Positions 1-8,528 of a stretch of DNA of 64,000 bases are shown one piece after another. This DNA is from a virus. A program made the position numbers and the translations under genes. Within the stretch, counting starts at the first letter, position 1; each line of letters opens with the position of its first letter. The stretch covers positions 49,149 to 113,148 of the IMG/VR virus record IMGVR_UViG_3300033182_000487; one strand, written 5' to 3'. Under the pieces are notes generated by a model that was given only the letters and a program-made list of their open reading frames with translations, had not been told where the DNA came from and did no database searches.

Positions 1-1
1 G

Positions 2-904
2 TCCGTCACCCTCACCTTCGACGACGGGACCACCATCCTGTGGGAGAAGGGGTGGGAGAAGCCGGGCCGCAAGGGCAAGACAGTCAACCGCTACACCATC
101 AACGGGAAGCAGATCGCCACCGTGGGTCGAGGAGTCCCGCCCGAGGTCGAGGCGCTGGGGGTCAGGGAGATCCAAGCAGCGTCCGACCGGGTGTGGCCGC
201 AGATTGCCCAGCAGTTCGACGGCACCTTGTTCCTGGTCAACAGGCCGGGGTCGGCTGTGGCCGAGGCCCTGTCGGACGTGGAGAGGGTCGGTGCGCTCTC
301 CTCGGCGCTGAAAGCCTCCGAGAAGGACCGTCGAGCGGTGAACGCCGAGTTGAAGGTCCGGCGCAAGGACGTGGAGACGCACAAGGTCGCTGCCGAGAAA
401 TACGACGGTCTGGACGTGGTGGGGGATCAGATTCGCCGCCTCTCCGATGACCTCAAGAGCATCCAGCAGAAGGAGCAGGACATCCAGGACACCACCCGGT
501 GCCGGGATCAGCGGGCTGCGGCAGCACAGGCCGTCAACGACCTGGCGGACTTCGACGTGGTGATCCCGACCACGAAGGCAACGAAGATCAAGCAGGGCAT
601 CGTGAAGGTGCAGGGCTACGCCGACCGCCTCCGCGAGGCACGGGACGAGCACCAGATCTGGGGCTCTGTGTCCGTCACCCTCCCGTCCGCCGATGGGGTC
701 AACGCCACCCGTGCGGGGATCGACGTCGTGAACACGCTCTGGGAACGGTTCAACGCAGCCCACGATGCAGTCGATGCGGCAGATGCCGACGCCAAGCGTG
801 TGGCAGCGGAACTGGTCGAGGCCGAAGCCGAGGTCCAACGGCTCCTGGGCGAGCGTGGGGTCTGCCCGACCTGCAACACCATCCATGAAGGAGCACACCC
901 ATGA
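2..904 (+). CDS. Rad50/SbcC-like ATPase, N-terminal half (5' partial): coiled coil ending in zinc-hook-like CPTC
   Basis: Frame is open from the window start. Long coiled-coil-like region, C-terminal GVCPTC, and an Mre11/SbcD-like gene nearby. Walker A would lie outside the window. Confidence 0.65.
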   Translation, partial: SVTLTFDDGTTILWEKGWEKPGRKGKTVNRYTINGKQIATVGRGVPPEVEALGVREIQAASDRVWPQIAQQFDGTLFLVNRPGSAVAEALSDVERVGALSSALKASEKDRRAVNAELKVRRKDVETHKVAAEKYDGLDVVGDQIRRLSDDLKSIQQKEQDIQDTTRCRDQRAAAAQAVNDLADFDVVIPTTKATKIKQGIVKVQGYADRLREARDEHQIWGSVSVTLPSADGVNATRAGIDVVNTLWERFNAAHDAVDAADADAKRVAAELVEAEAEVQRLLGERGVCPTCNTIHEGAHP

Positions 905-1338
905 GTCAGAACAGCCTGTTTGCCTACCGTGAGTCCGAGCGGACCACGGGGGAGAAGCGTCGGATTGCCGTGTACCACTACATGCTCGTCCAAGGAGACG
1001 AGGGAGCCACCGACGACGAGATGATCCACACGCTGGGGATCAAGCACGCCAGCATGGCGGGCACCCGTCTCCAGTTGATGCGTCTGGGCGCGGTGGTCAA
1101 GACCACGAAGCGTCGGAAGACGGCAGCGGGCAACCCTGCCGATGTCTACGTCGCCATCCCCGGCATCAACGTCCGCAAGGCCCCTCCGAAGACCGAGCGG
1201 GATCACATGCTCACCGCAGCCCGGAAGAAGATCAAGGAGATGTCCGACGACGAGTTGCGGGCGTTCCTGGCCGAGGGGTCCGACGAACACGAGGCCCCCG
1301 ACGACCTGCTCGATTTCTACGCGGAGTTCCGGGATTAG
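901..1338 (+). CDS. Winged-helix DNA-binding protein (paralog 1)
   Basis: TDDEMIHTLGIKHASMAGTRLQLMRLGAVVKTTKRRKT pattern; ATGA overlap with upstream gene; similar to 1400..1807. Confidence 0.6.
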   Translation: MSQNSLFAYRESERTTGEKRRIAVYHYMLVQGDEGATDDEMIHTLGIKHASMAGTRLQLMRLGAVVKTTKRRKTAAGNPADVYVAIPGINVRKAPPKTERDHMLTAARKKIKEMSDDELRAFLAEGSDEHEAPDDLLDFYAEFRD

Positions 1339-1340
1339 AG

Positions 1341-1369
1341 GGGGGTCGAGATCTCCTCCGGGTCGGTAA
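1341..1369 (+). promoter_or_regulatory. Class I putative promoter GGGGGTC-N16-CGGTAA
   Basis: One of four intergenic copies with identical 16-nt spacing. Confidence 0.65.
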
Positions 1370-1399
1370 ATACAGAGGCACCTCTCAGCAGGAGACCAG

Positions 1400-1807
1400 A
1401 TGCCTTCCAACCGAGTCCGCCTCTACCACTACTTCCTCAAGCGGGGGAAGTCCGGGTCCACCGACGAGGAGGCTGAGGACGCTCTCGGTCTCCCCCACCA
1501 GACGGTGAGTGCTGTGCGCGGGGAACTGGTCAAGGCGGGGGCCGTGGTGGACACGGACCTGTGCCGATGGACCCGCAGCGGGAAGAAGGCGACCGTCCGG
1601 GTCGGAGTCCCCGACGTGGACGTGTCCCGCCGACTGCCCACCACCGCAGCCGAGGAGAAGCAGCGGTGGATCCGTGCCCAGATCCGCAACGTGAACGAGT
1701 CTGTCCTGGATGACATCATTCACACGCTCCAGGAAGCCCTGACCCCACCCAACCACACCGAGCAGTTGACCATCCTGGACCTGTTCGGAGAGGAGACGTC
1801 CCCATGA
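1400..1807 (+). CDS. Winged-helix DNA-binding protein (paralog 2)
   Basis: STDEEAEDALGLPHQTVSAVRGELVKAGAVVDT...TRSGKKA; AGGAG RBS. Confidence 0.6.
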   Translation: MPSNRVRLYHYFLKRGKSGSTDEEAEDALGLPHQTVSAVRGELVKAGAVVDTDLCRWTRSGKKATVRVGVPDVDVSRRLPTTAAEEKQRWIRAQIRNVNESVLDDIIHTLQEALTPPNHTEQLTILDLFGEETSP

Positions 1808-2049
1808 ACCAGCCCCTCCGAGTCGTCTGCAACAACCCCAACCTCTCCAGCCACGGCCTGTTCGGCACCGTTGTCGGCTCCGAGCGTGGCGAGGACAACC
1901 CCGTCCGCCCCGGCGTCCTGTGCGATGTCATCTGGCTCGACTACCCCGACGAGGGGAGCGACGAGATCGACGGCAGCAACCTCAAGGTGGTCAGCGAGAC
2001 CGCCTACCAGATCGAGGTCGTGGAACGCCGCCTTGACGGTGACTCGTGA
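1804..2049 (+). CDS. Hypothetical protein
   Basis: 4-nt overlaps with both neighbours; typical codon usage. Confidence 0.6.
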   Translation: MNQPLRVVCNNPNLSSHGLFGTVVGSERGEDNPVRPGVLCDVIWLDYPDEGSDEIDGSNLKVVSETAYQIEVVERRLDGDS

Positions 2050-3014
2050 GCATCAACCTCGTCTGGCGCACCGACGTTCACTTGTCCGACCGCGCACCGT
2101 CCAGCCGTACCGACGACTGGGCCGACGCCGTGTTCGACAAGTTGGGGCAGGTCCGTGATCTCGCCCGTGAGGTCAACGCCGCTGCCATCATCGACGGCGG
2201 TGACTTCTTCCACATCAAGTCCCCCGGTCGGAACAGCCATGCGCTCGTCAACCGGACGGCAGAGCACCACAGCACCTATCCGTGCCCGGTCTACTGCACT
2301 CCGGGGAACCACGACGCGGTGTACGGCGACTACTCCTTCCTGCCTCAGCAGCCGTTGGGCGTCCTGTTCAGCACGGGTGTCTTCAAGCGTTTGTACGACG
2401 AGCATGAGGCTGTGTTTGAGGAGTTCCACGGGGTCAAGGTCCGCGTGGTCGGCATCCCGTACCACGGCACGTCCTACGACATGGAGCGGTTCACCAGCAT
2501 CGAGAAAGGTGACGAGGACGTCCTGATCTGCGTGGCCCATGTGCTCGCCTCCCACAAGGGCGGCACCATGTTTGAGGGCGAAGACATCATCAAGTACGCC
2601 GACCTCGTGGACACCGCCCCCGACGTGTACCTGTTCGGTCACTGGCACAAGAATCAGGGGGTCGAGGAGATCGGCGGCAAGCAGTTCGTGAACATCGGCT
2701 CCCTGACCCGTGGGTCACTCTCGCAGGACAACATGGACCGGGTGCCCGCTGCGGCTGTGCTCCGATGCACCGAGCAGGGGGTCGAGATCGAGGTTGTACC
2801 GCTCAACGTGCGCCCCGCCGAGGAGGTCTTCGACGTGGAAGGCCGCGCTCGACAGGTCAAGCGGCAGGTGGAGATGGACTCGTTCGTCGAGGCTATCCGT
2901 GAAGCCCTCCAGCCCGCCGAAGGCGAGCAGACGCTGGCCGAAGCCGTGACGGGTATGGGTGATGTGCCCCACGAGGTTCGGGAGCGGGCACTGGCGTATC
3001 TGGAGAACACATGA
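2046..3014 (+). CDS. Mre11/SbcD-like metallophosphoesterase nuclease
   Basis: DVH, GGDFF, GNHD, AH and GHWH calcineurin-like motifs; GSLTR. Confidence 0.85.
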   Translation: MSINLVWRTDVHLSDRAPSSRTDDWADAVFDKLGQVRDLAREVNAAAIIDGGDFFHIKSPGRNSHALVNRTAEHHSTYPCPVYCTPGNHDAVYGDYSFLPQQPLGVLFSTGVFKRLYDEHEAVFEEFHGVKVRVVGIPYHGTSYDMERFTSIEKGDEDVLICVAHVLASHKGGTMFEGEDIIKYADLVDTAPDVYLFGHWHKNQGVEEIGGKQFVNIGSLTRGSLSQDNMDRVPAAAVLRCTEQGVEIEVVPLNVRPAEEVFDVEGRARQVKRQVEMDSFVEAIREALQPAEGEQTLAEAVTGMGDVPHEVRERALAYLENT

Positions 3015-3118
3015 CCCCATTGATCCTGACCCCCGGCTTTGGGGACGACGCACCCACGGCTGTCCTCTAGTTCGGAGGGTAGGGTGGCCCACGCTTCACC
3101 TTCCGTCTGGGAGCCGAC

Positions 3119-4039
3119 ATGAATCCTCAATCCACCCTCTACTGGTCCACCTTGAAGATGTACGAGGACTGCCCCCAGCAGTTCGTCTGGTCGAAGGGGT
3201 GGGAGGGGTATGACTGTGGGCACGGGCCGGGCAACCGCAAGCCGAAGCCTGAGCAGCGGTCCCGACACCATGCGGTGTTCGGCATCGTGATCCAGCACGC
3301 CATCGAGGCCATGTACAACGAGGAGTTGTACCGGGAGCCGAAGACCCTGACCGCCCGGATGCTGGAGATCGGCAAGGTCGAGTTCGACCGCCAGATCGAC
3401 AAGCCGAAGAACAACATCTCGTACTCCGAGGCTCGCATGACCCGCGCAGAAATGTGGGATCTGTGCGCCAGCGGGATCACGGGCTTCGTCCAGACCATGA
3501 AGGCTCACCGCTTCCTCGGCACCTACGCGAAGGCCGAGGTGGACCTGGTGGGGTGGATCGACAAGAAGAACCCCATCGGAGGCCGGGCCGACACCATCAT
3601 CAAGCGCGGCGACACGGGGATCACGATCCTGGACGGCAAGAACACGAAGTACAAGATGAAGTACACCGACCCGGACCAGTTGCGGTGGTACGCCCTGCTC
3701 TACAAGTTGGCCTACAAGGAACTCCCCGACCGTCTGGCCTACGTCTGGTACAGGTTCCCCTACGACCAGGACAACGACGAGGACGGGGTCGAGTGGGTCG
3801 AGTTCGACGAAGCAGACCTCCAGGGCCTCGCCCAGCGTGCGCTCGATGCGAAGGTCGCCATGCGCGCCGAGAAGTTTGATCCCACCCCCTCCCCGAAGAC
3901 CTGTGACTTCTGCGACTTCGTGACCGTCTGCGATGCACGCCGGGAGCAGAAGGCCGCCAACTCCGCAAAGCGGAACAAGAAGTCCCGCATCCAGGAGATC
4001 ACCGACTCCGAGACGGGGTTCGCGGACCTGACCCTGTAG
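3119..4039 (+). CDS. PD-(D/E)XK exonuclease (RecB/AddB/Cas4-like) with Cys cluster
   Basis: N-terminal CP, GIVIQ, GRADTI...ILDGK, QLRWY, C-terminal CDFCDFVTVC. Confidence 0.8.
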   Translation: MNPQSTLYWSTLKMYEDCPQQFVWSKGWEGYDCGHGPGNRKPKPEQRSRHHAVFGIVIQHAIEAMYNEELYREPKTLTARMLEIGKVEFDRQIDKPKNNISYSEARMTRAEMWDLCASGITGFVQTMKAHRFLGTYAKAEVDLVGWIDKKNPIGGRADTIIKRGDTGITILDGKNTKYKMKYTDPDQLRWYALLYKLAYKELPDRLAYVWYRFPYDQDNDEDGVEWVEFDEADLQGLAQRALDAKVAMRAEKFDPTPSPKTCDFCDFVTVCDARREQKAANSAKRNKKSRIQEITDSETGFADLTL

Positions 4040-4068
4040 GGGGGTCGCGGAGGCCACTGGTTGGGTAT
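4040..4068 (+). promoter_or_regulatory. Class I putative promoter GGGGGTC-N16-GGGTAT
   Basis: Intergenic repeat motif with 16-nt spacer. Confidence 0.65.
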
Positions 4069-4085
4069 GCCTCACACACAGGGAG

Positions 4086-4361
4086 ATGCACATGTCCGAT
4101 CTTGATTCACGCCTCGATGCCGCCCTCGCCTTGCGGGACTCGTTGAGCAGAGATGCCCAACGGATCCAAGGCCGCAAGGAGGCCGCAGAGAAGGCTCTGC
4201 GCGACGTGGAGGAGGAGATCCGGTCGAAGAACCTGGACCCGGACAACCTCGACGCGACCCTGGACACCCTCACTACCGCCTACGAGAAGGAGGTCACCTC
4301 GTTTGAGGCCGCCCTCGCGTCGGCCCAAACCGCACTGTCCCCCTATCTGGAGAACGCATGA
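4086..4361 (+). CDS. Small coiled-coil protein
   Basis: Heptad-rich 91 aa ORF with GGAG RBS; overlaps next gene. Confidence 0.7.
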   Translation: MHMSDLDSRLDAALALRDSLSRDAQRIQGRKEAAEKALRDVEEEIRSKNLDPDNLDATLDTLTTAYEKEVTSFEAALASAQTALSPYLENA

Positions 4362-5509
4362 ACATCGAAGTCGCAAAGTCGGACCTTGAGGTCGCCCTCA
4401 AGGTCGCATCCACCACCGTCGGGTCTGGTTCCGACCTGTCCTCCCACTACCTGTTCCGCTACCGCGACGGGCAGGCCGAGGTCTTGTCCTACGATATGCG
4501 CGTCTTTAGCCGTGCTCCCTTCACCGCGACCGTGGAGGGCGACGACGACGCAGCGTTCACCGTCGAGGCGTGGCGTCTCGACAAGTGGATCTCCTCCGTC
4601 GGTGACGGGGTGCTCACGCTGACCTGCGATGACCAGGGCCAGGTGACCGCGAAGGGTCCGCGTTCCAAGGTCAAGTTGCGTTCGCTCGACGCCAGCCGCT
4701 TCCCGTACTGGGATGGCCTGATGGCAGAGGCCGAGGACGTGGGTGACGTGGCTCCTGCAACGCTCCACCGTGCTCTCAGCCTGAGCAAGCACTTCGTGTC
4801 CTCCGATGACACCAGCCGCCCCGAGATCTGTCAGGCCGAGGCCACCGACGGTGTGTTGAAGGCGACCAACCGTCGTGCTGTGTCGAGCGTCACGGTCCGT
4901 GATCTCCCCGGTCTGGACCTCCGGGTTCCGGGCAAGGATCTGTCCGTGATCCTCAAGTTCCTGTCCGACAAGACTACCCAGGAGGACGACGTGTCCGTCA
5001 AGCGGGCCAGCCGCCCCGACGGCTCCGGCGGCGGTGCCGCTGCGATCTTCCTCCGTCCCGACGGCTCCTACGTTGGGGTCAGCCGCCCCACGACGGCGAT
5101 GCCGAAACTCCCCATCGAGGTGGAGGAGTCCGACGTGACCCTCTCCATCAACATCGAGGAGTTCAACGGCGCTGTCGATGTACTCCTCTCGTCTGCTCCG
5201 AAGGGGCACGAGGCTGTGTCCTTCTCGACGGGTGAGGAAGGTACCCTCTACCTGGCGATGCCCTCCGAGGCTGGAGGCATCGACGAGTACCCCATGATCC
5301 AGTCCTCGGCGACGGGCTTTGGGGACACCACCTTCACCATGGACTACTCCTACGTCGGAGCCATCGCGGACATGTTCGACCTCGACACCCTGACCTTCGG
5401 GGTTCACCAGCGGGGCCGAGGTGGGTATGTCTCTTTTGCCTACGAGGACGAGGGAGCCACCGAGGACTCGGGCAACCACTACTACACGGTGATCGTTTGG
5501 CGTTCGTGA
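4358..5509 (+). CDS. DNA polymerase III beta-clamp-like processivity factor
   Basis: About 380 aa; DASRFP, DDTSRPEI, ATNRR (cf. ATDGHRL) pattern; clamp loader gene nearby. Confidence 0.7.
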   Translation: MNIEVAKSDLEVALKVASTTVGSGSDLSSHYLFRYRDGQAEVLSYDMRVFSRAPFTATVEGDDDAAFTVEAWRLDKWISSVGDGVLTLTCDDQGQVTAKGPRSKVKLRSLDASRFPYWDGLMAEAEDVGDVAPATLHRALSLSKHFVSSDDTSRPEICQAEATDGVLKATNRRAVSSVTVRDLPGLDLRVPGKDLSVILKFLSDKTTQEDDVSVKRASRPDGSGGGAAAIFLRPDGSYVGVSRPTTAMPKLPIEVEESDVTLSINIEEFNGAVDVLLSSAPKGHEAVSFSTGEEGTLYLAMPSEAGGIDEYPMIQSSATGFGDTTFTMDYSYVGAIADMFDLDTLTFGVHQRGRGGYVSFAYEDEGATEDSGNHYYTVIVWRS

Positions 5510-6135
5510 ATGACCATGACGGACTCTGCCAGTCTCTGGCACGGGTGGAAGCACTGAGGGATGCCTCTCTCGGTGCGCTCGCCAGTGCCGAGCAGCAGGT
5601 GGCGGCTCTGGAGGCTGAGGAAGAAGTCCTCGCCCGTGTGGCCGACCTGTTCCGCGTCTTGATTGACCGGGAGGTGGTGGACAACGCAAAGACCGTGGAA
5701 AGCCTCCTCACCGAGGGCCTGCAAGCGATCTTCGACGACCTGGACCTGTCGGTGCGAACCGAGATCGAGGTCCAGCGAGGCAAGGTCGCTGTGGACCTCG
5801 TGACGGTCCAGAAGGAACCCGACGGCACGACCACGGAAGGGTCCAGCACCGACGCCTACGGCGGATCGGTCGCCACGGTCCAGTCCGTGCTGCTTCGCAT
5901 CGTCGTCCTCAACCGACGGGGACTGCGCCCGCTCCTCCTGTTGGACGAGTCCCTCGGCGCGGTGGCCGAGCACTACGTCCCTCGCGTGGGCCAGTTCCTG
6001 TCCATCCTGTCCGAGCGGATGGGCCTTGATGTCCTCGCCGTGAGCCACAACCCGGCTCTGGTCGAGGCCGCGAACACGGCCTACCGCATCCAGAAGAAGG
6101 ACGGCGAGGCGGCGTTCCGCAAGATCGGGCGGTGA
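5506..6135 (+). CDS. Rad50/SbcC-like ABC ATPase C-terminal half
   Basis: YGGS (degenerate signature), LLLLDESL Walker B/D-loop, VSH switch; no Walker A. Start at GTG 5506 or 5497. Confidence 0.75.
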   Translation: MNDHDGLCQSLARVEALRDASLGALASAEQQVAALEAEEEVLARVADLFRVLIDREVVDNAKTVESLLTEGLQAIFDDLDLSVRTEIEVQRGKVAVDLVTVQKEPDGTTTEGSSTDAYGGSVATVQSVLLRIVVLNRRGLRPLLLLDESLGAVAEHYVPRVGQFLSILSERMGLDVLAVSHNPALVEAANTAYRIQKKDGEAAFRKIGR

Positions 6136-6139
6136 CCTC

Positions 6140-6556
6140 ATGCGAACCCGAAGCGAGATCCAGCAGAAACTCAAGCAGGCCAAGTACCGGCATGTGAAGC
6201 GGATCTTGCGTGATCGGTTCCCCCGCGATCAGGACTGGCCGAAGCACGAGGTCGAGCAGATCAAGGACGAGTACCGGACCTTCTTCCAGGAGGCTCCGCT
6301 CCACGAGATCGCCCGCGAGTTCCCTGATGTCGCTGCCCTGATGTGGGTGCTGCAAGACCAGCCCGACCAGGCGCTGGCCGTCAACGGCACGATGGTGGGG
6401 GCCATGGGTGGGGTCATGCTGTGGGCAGACTCCCACGACGAGGCCGAGTACGCCCGTGACCTCATTGAGAAGGTCATGGCTCAGGCGCTCCAGCCGCCGA
6501 CCGTGCGAGACCCCGACCCGGTGAAGAAATCTTGGTGGCAGAGGATCTTCGGATGA
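6140..6556 (+). CDS. Hypothetical protein
   Basis: Operon-like packing; ends KKSWWQRIFG. Confidence 0.65.
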   Translation: MRTRSEIQQKLKQAKYRHVKRILRDRFPRDQDWPKHEVEQIKDEYRTFFQEAPLHEIAREFPDVAALMWVLQDQPDQALAVNGTMVGAMGGVMLWADSHDEAEYARDLIEKVMAQALQPPTVRDPDPVKKSWWQRIFG

Positions 6557-7074
6557 ACCCGCACCTGCTCGCCTCGGTTCAACACCCGTTCCAGAAGCGC
6601 CCCCTGATGCTCGATGGGGTTCCCGTACCCCGCGAGGCCGGGCCGTTCCTGATCACCGCGACCCGCGAGTTGATGTGGGTGGAGCGAGCCTTCGGCAGCG
6701 GCTTCCTGCGACTGGCGGTGCGGAAGCAGACCACCGACCAGTTGTACAGCGACCTGGTCGCCGAGATCGCCGAGGAAGGCGTCCGCCGTGACTGGGGGAA
6801 CGTCCAACCGCCGACCATGGCAGGTGTGCTGGAGGGGATGAACTACCTCCACTACTACGACCTCCCTGACCCCACGCTGCTGTACGGGTCTGAGTTCGAC
6901 ATCGGGGCCGCGCCTGACATGAACCGCGCCCCCGCTGACTGGCTTCCTCCCTCGTGGGCGGTGCTGGTCCCAGACCGAGCGTATGTGGGCACCGTCTACC
7001 TGTTTGGTGGCGGCTACCTCGGCGCGGTGGTTCACAACCCATCCCGAGGCGTGGTCGTCCTCCGAGGGGCATGA
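6553..7074 (+). CDS. Hypothetical protein
   Basis: ATGA overlap with upstream gene. Confidence 0.6.
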   Translation: MNPHLLASVQHPFQKRPLMLDGVPVPREAGPFLITATRELMWVERAFGSGFLRLAVRKQTTDQLYSDLVAEIAEEGVRRDWGNVQPPTMAGVLEGMNYLHYYDLPDPTLLYGSEFDIGAAPDMNRAPADWLPPSWAVLVPDRAYVGTVYLFGGGYLGAVVHNPSRGVVVLRGA

Positions 7075-7076
7075 CT

Positions 7077-7090
7077 CGGTAGGTTTCTAT
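7077..7090 (+). promoter_or_regulatory. Class II motif variant CGGTAG-N4-CTAT
   Basis: Spacer one base short; lies about 36 nt upstream of mini-ORF 7126. Confidence 0.45.
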
Positions 7091-7125
7091 GCGTAGGGTG
7101 TCGTATGACTCACGCGAGGATCCCC

Positions 7126-7221
7126 ATGACCCCCTCAGACCACAAAGCCCTGATCCGGCTGGCGAGCACCCTTCCTGATGGGGACCGCCTTCGCCGTGCG
7201 ATCCTGCGGAGCGTGAAGTAG
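7126..7221 (+). CDS. 31-aa mini-protein MTPSDHKALIRLASTLPDGDRLRRAILRSVK (stand-alone tag)
   Basis: Not in the ORF track. GAGGA RBS; closely matches the N-termini of 18499..18822 and 29733..30179. Confidence 0.7.
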   Translation: MTPSDHKALIRLASTLPDGDRLRRAILRSVK

Positions 7222-7250
7222 GGGGGTCTGATCTCCCCGCGAACGGGTAA
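7222..7250 (+). promoter_or_regulatory. Class I putative promoter GGGGGTC-N16-GGGTAA
   Basis: Ends 8 nt before the primase ATG, which has no clear RBS (possibly leaderless). Confidence 0.65.
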
Positions 7251-7258
7251 GCCACTCC

Positions 7259-7981
7259 ATGCGAGAGTGGTTGACCAACGCCCTGCTGGACTCTGCTGAG
7301 TCCGTCCCCGAAGAAGCCGAAGGCTACGTCCTCGGACGAGGCTTGCCGTATCGACTGATGGAGGAGATGCGGGTGGGCATCTGGCGCTGGCCGGAAGCCC
7401 CGTGCCCCGACGACACCTTCCTCAAGCGGCATGGGGACAAGGGCTTCCAGGTGGATGGTTGGCTCTCGATCCCTCTGTGGTCACCGCGAGGTCGGATCGT
7501 CGGTGTCGAGTTCCGCCGCTGGGACGGCGAGAAATCCGTGTCGAAGTACTTCCTTCCCGACACGTCCTGGTCCCCGGTGTTCGCGGGCATGACCCCATCG
7601 ACACTCAACCGCATCTGGAAGGGCGGGGACATCTGGCTCGTCGAGGGGGTCTTTGATCTCGCTCTGGCCCACGCTGTGCCACGCAAGGACGTGGTGCTCT
7701 CGTGCGGGGGTGCCAAGATCACGCCCAACCAGGTGGCCTTCATCCAGCGGTTCCTTGATCCTCGTGCGATGGTCCACGTCGCCTTCGACATGGACGAGAC
7801 GGGACGCAAGATGGCCCTCGGCTACCAGCACCCGGACACCGGACGTCGGGTCTGGGGTGTGGTCGAGCGACTGGAGCGTGTAGGCGTCCGATGCCGCGAC
7901 GTCCAGTACCGTGGCAAAGACCCCGGCGATGTTTGGGAGGTTGGGGGATCTGCTGGTTTGCGCCGTGCCTTCCGCCTGTAG
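7259..7981 (+). CDS. DnaG-type primase catalytic (TOPRIM) domain without Zn-binding domain
   Basis: YVLGRGL, GRIVGVEFR, KY, LVEGVFD, FDMDETG, KDPGD motifs. Confidence 0.8.
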   Translation: MREWLTNALLDSAESVPEEAEGYVLGRGLPYRLMEEMRVGIWRWPEAPCPDDTFLKRHGDKGFQVDGWLSIPLWSPRGRIVGVEFRRWDGEKSVSKYFLPDTSWSPVFAGMTPSTLNRIWKGGDIWLVEGVFDLALAHAVPRKDVVLSCGGAKITPNQVAFIQRFLDPRAMVHVAFDMDETGRKMALGYQHPDTGRRVWGVVERLERVGVRCRDVQYRGKDPGDVWEVGGSAGLRRAFRL

Positions 7982-8010
7982 GGGGGTCATCGGAGCGCCC
8001 CGACGGGTAA
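7982..8010 (+). promoter_or_regulatory. Class I putative promoter GGGGGTC-N16-GGGTAA
   Basis: Intergenic repeat motif with 16-nt spacer. Confidence 0.65.
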
Positions 8011-8048
8011 GGATGAAGGACCGAGAACACCTACGACAGGAGGGCCCA

Positions 8049-8519
8049 ATGGCCGTAGACATCTGGAAAGCCAACGACGAAGTACACGCGAAGATCGCGG
8101 AACTGATCGGACAGAACCACCCCGACCTCGCACTGGTCTCCGACGAGATCGTCGTCGTGTTCCGCGAGAAGGCGGGCAAGAGCGGAGGACAGGTCGTCCT
8201 CGGCAACAGCAAGAAGGTCGCGGCCATCGCCAACGCCATCGGCAACACCGACTACAAGTTCGTGCTGGAGGTCGCTGCCGACCAGTGGGAGCACGAGTTG
8301 ACCTCCCGCCAGCAGGAGGCCCTGCTCGACCACCTGCTCACCGCCTGCCGCTGCGAGGAAGACCCGAAGTCGGGCAACCTCAAGTGCAGCGTGGCGAAGC
8401 CGGACATCATGGCCTTCCGCGAGAACGTGGAGCGGTACGGCATGTGGTTCCCGGTCGAGGAGAAGGAAGACGAGGGGCCGTCGCCCGTCGAGGAAATGTT
8501 CGGCGTCGATTCCGAGTAG
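8049..8519 (+). CDS. Putative phage metallopeptidase-like protein (degenerate HExxH)
   Basis: HPDL...G.SKK...F.LEV...W......QQEALLDHLL...KPD...F.ENVERYG pattern; AGGAGG RBS. Confidence 0.55.
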   Translation: MAVDIWKANDEVHAKIAELIGQNHPDLALVSDEIVVVFREKAGKSGGQVVLGNSKKVAAIANAIGNTDYKFVLEVAADQWEHELTSRQQEALLDHLLTACRCEEDPKSGNLKCSVAKPDIMAFRENVERYGMWFPVEEKEDEGPSPVEEMFGVDSE

Positions 8520-8528
8520 GAGGGGACC

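Noticed and set aside
3119-4039. Cas4-like nuclease as a sign of a CRISPR-Cas system
   Set aside because: No other cas genes or repeat-spacer array; the context is recombination.
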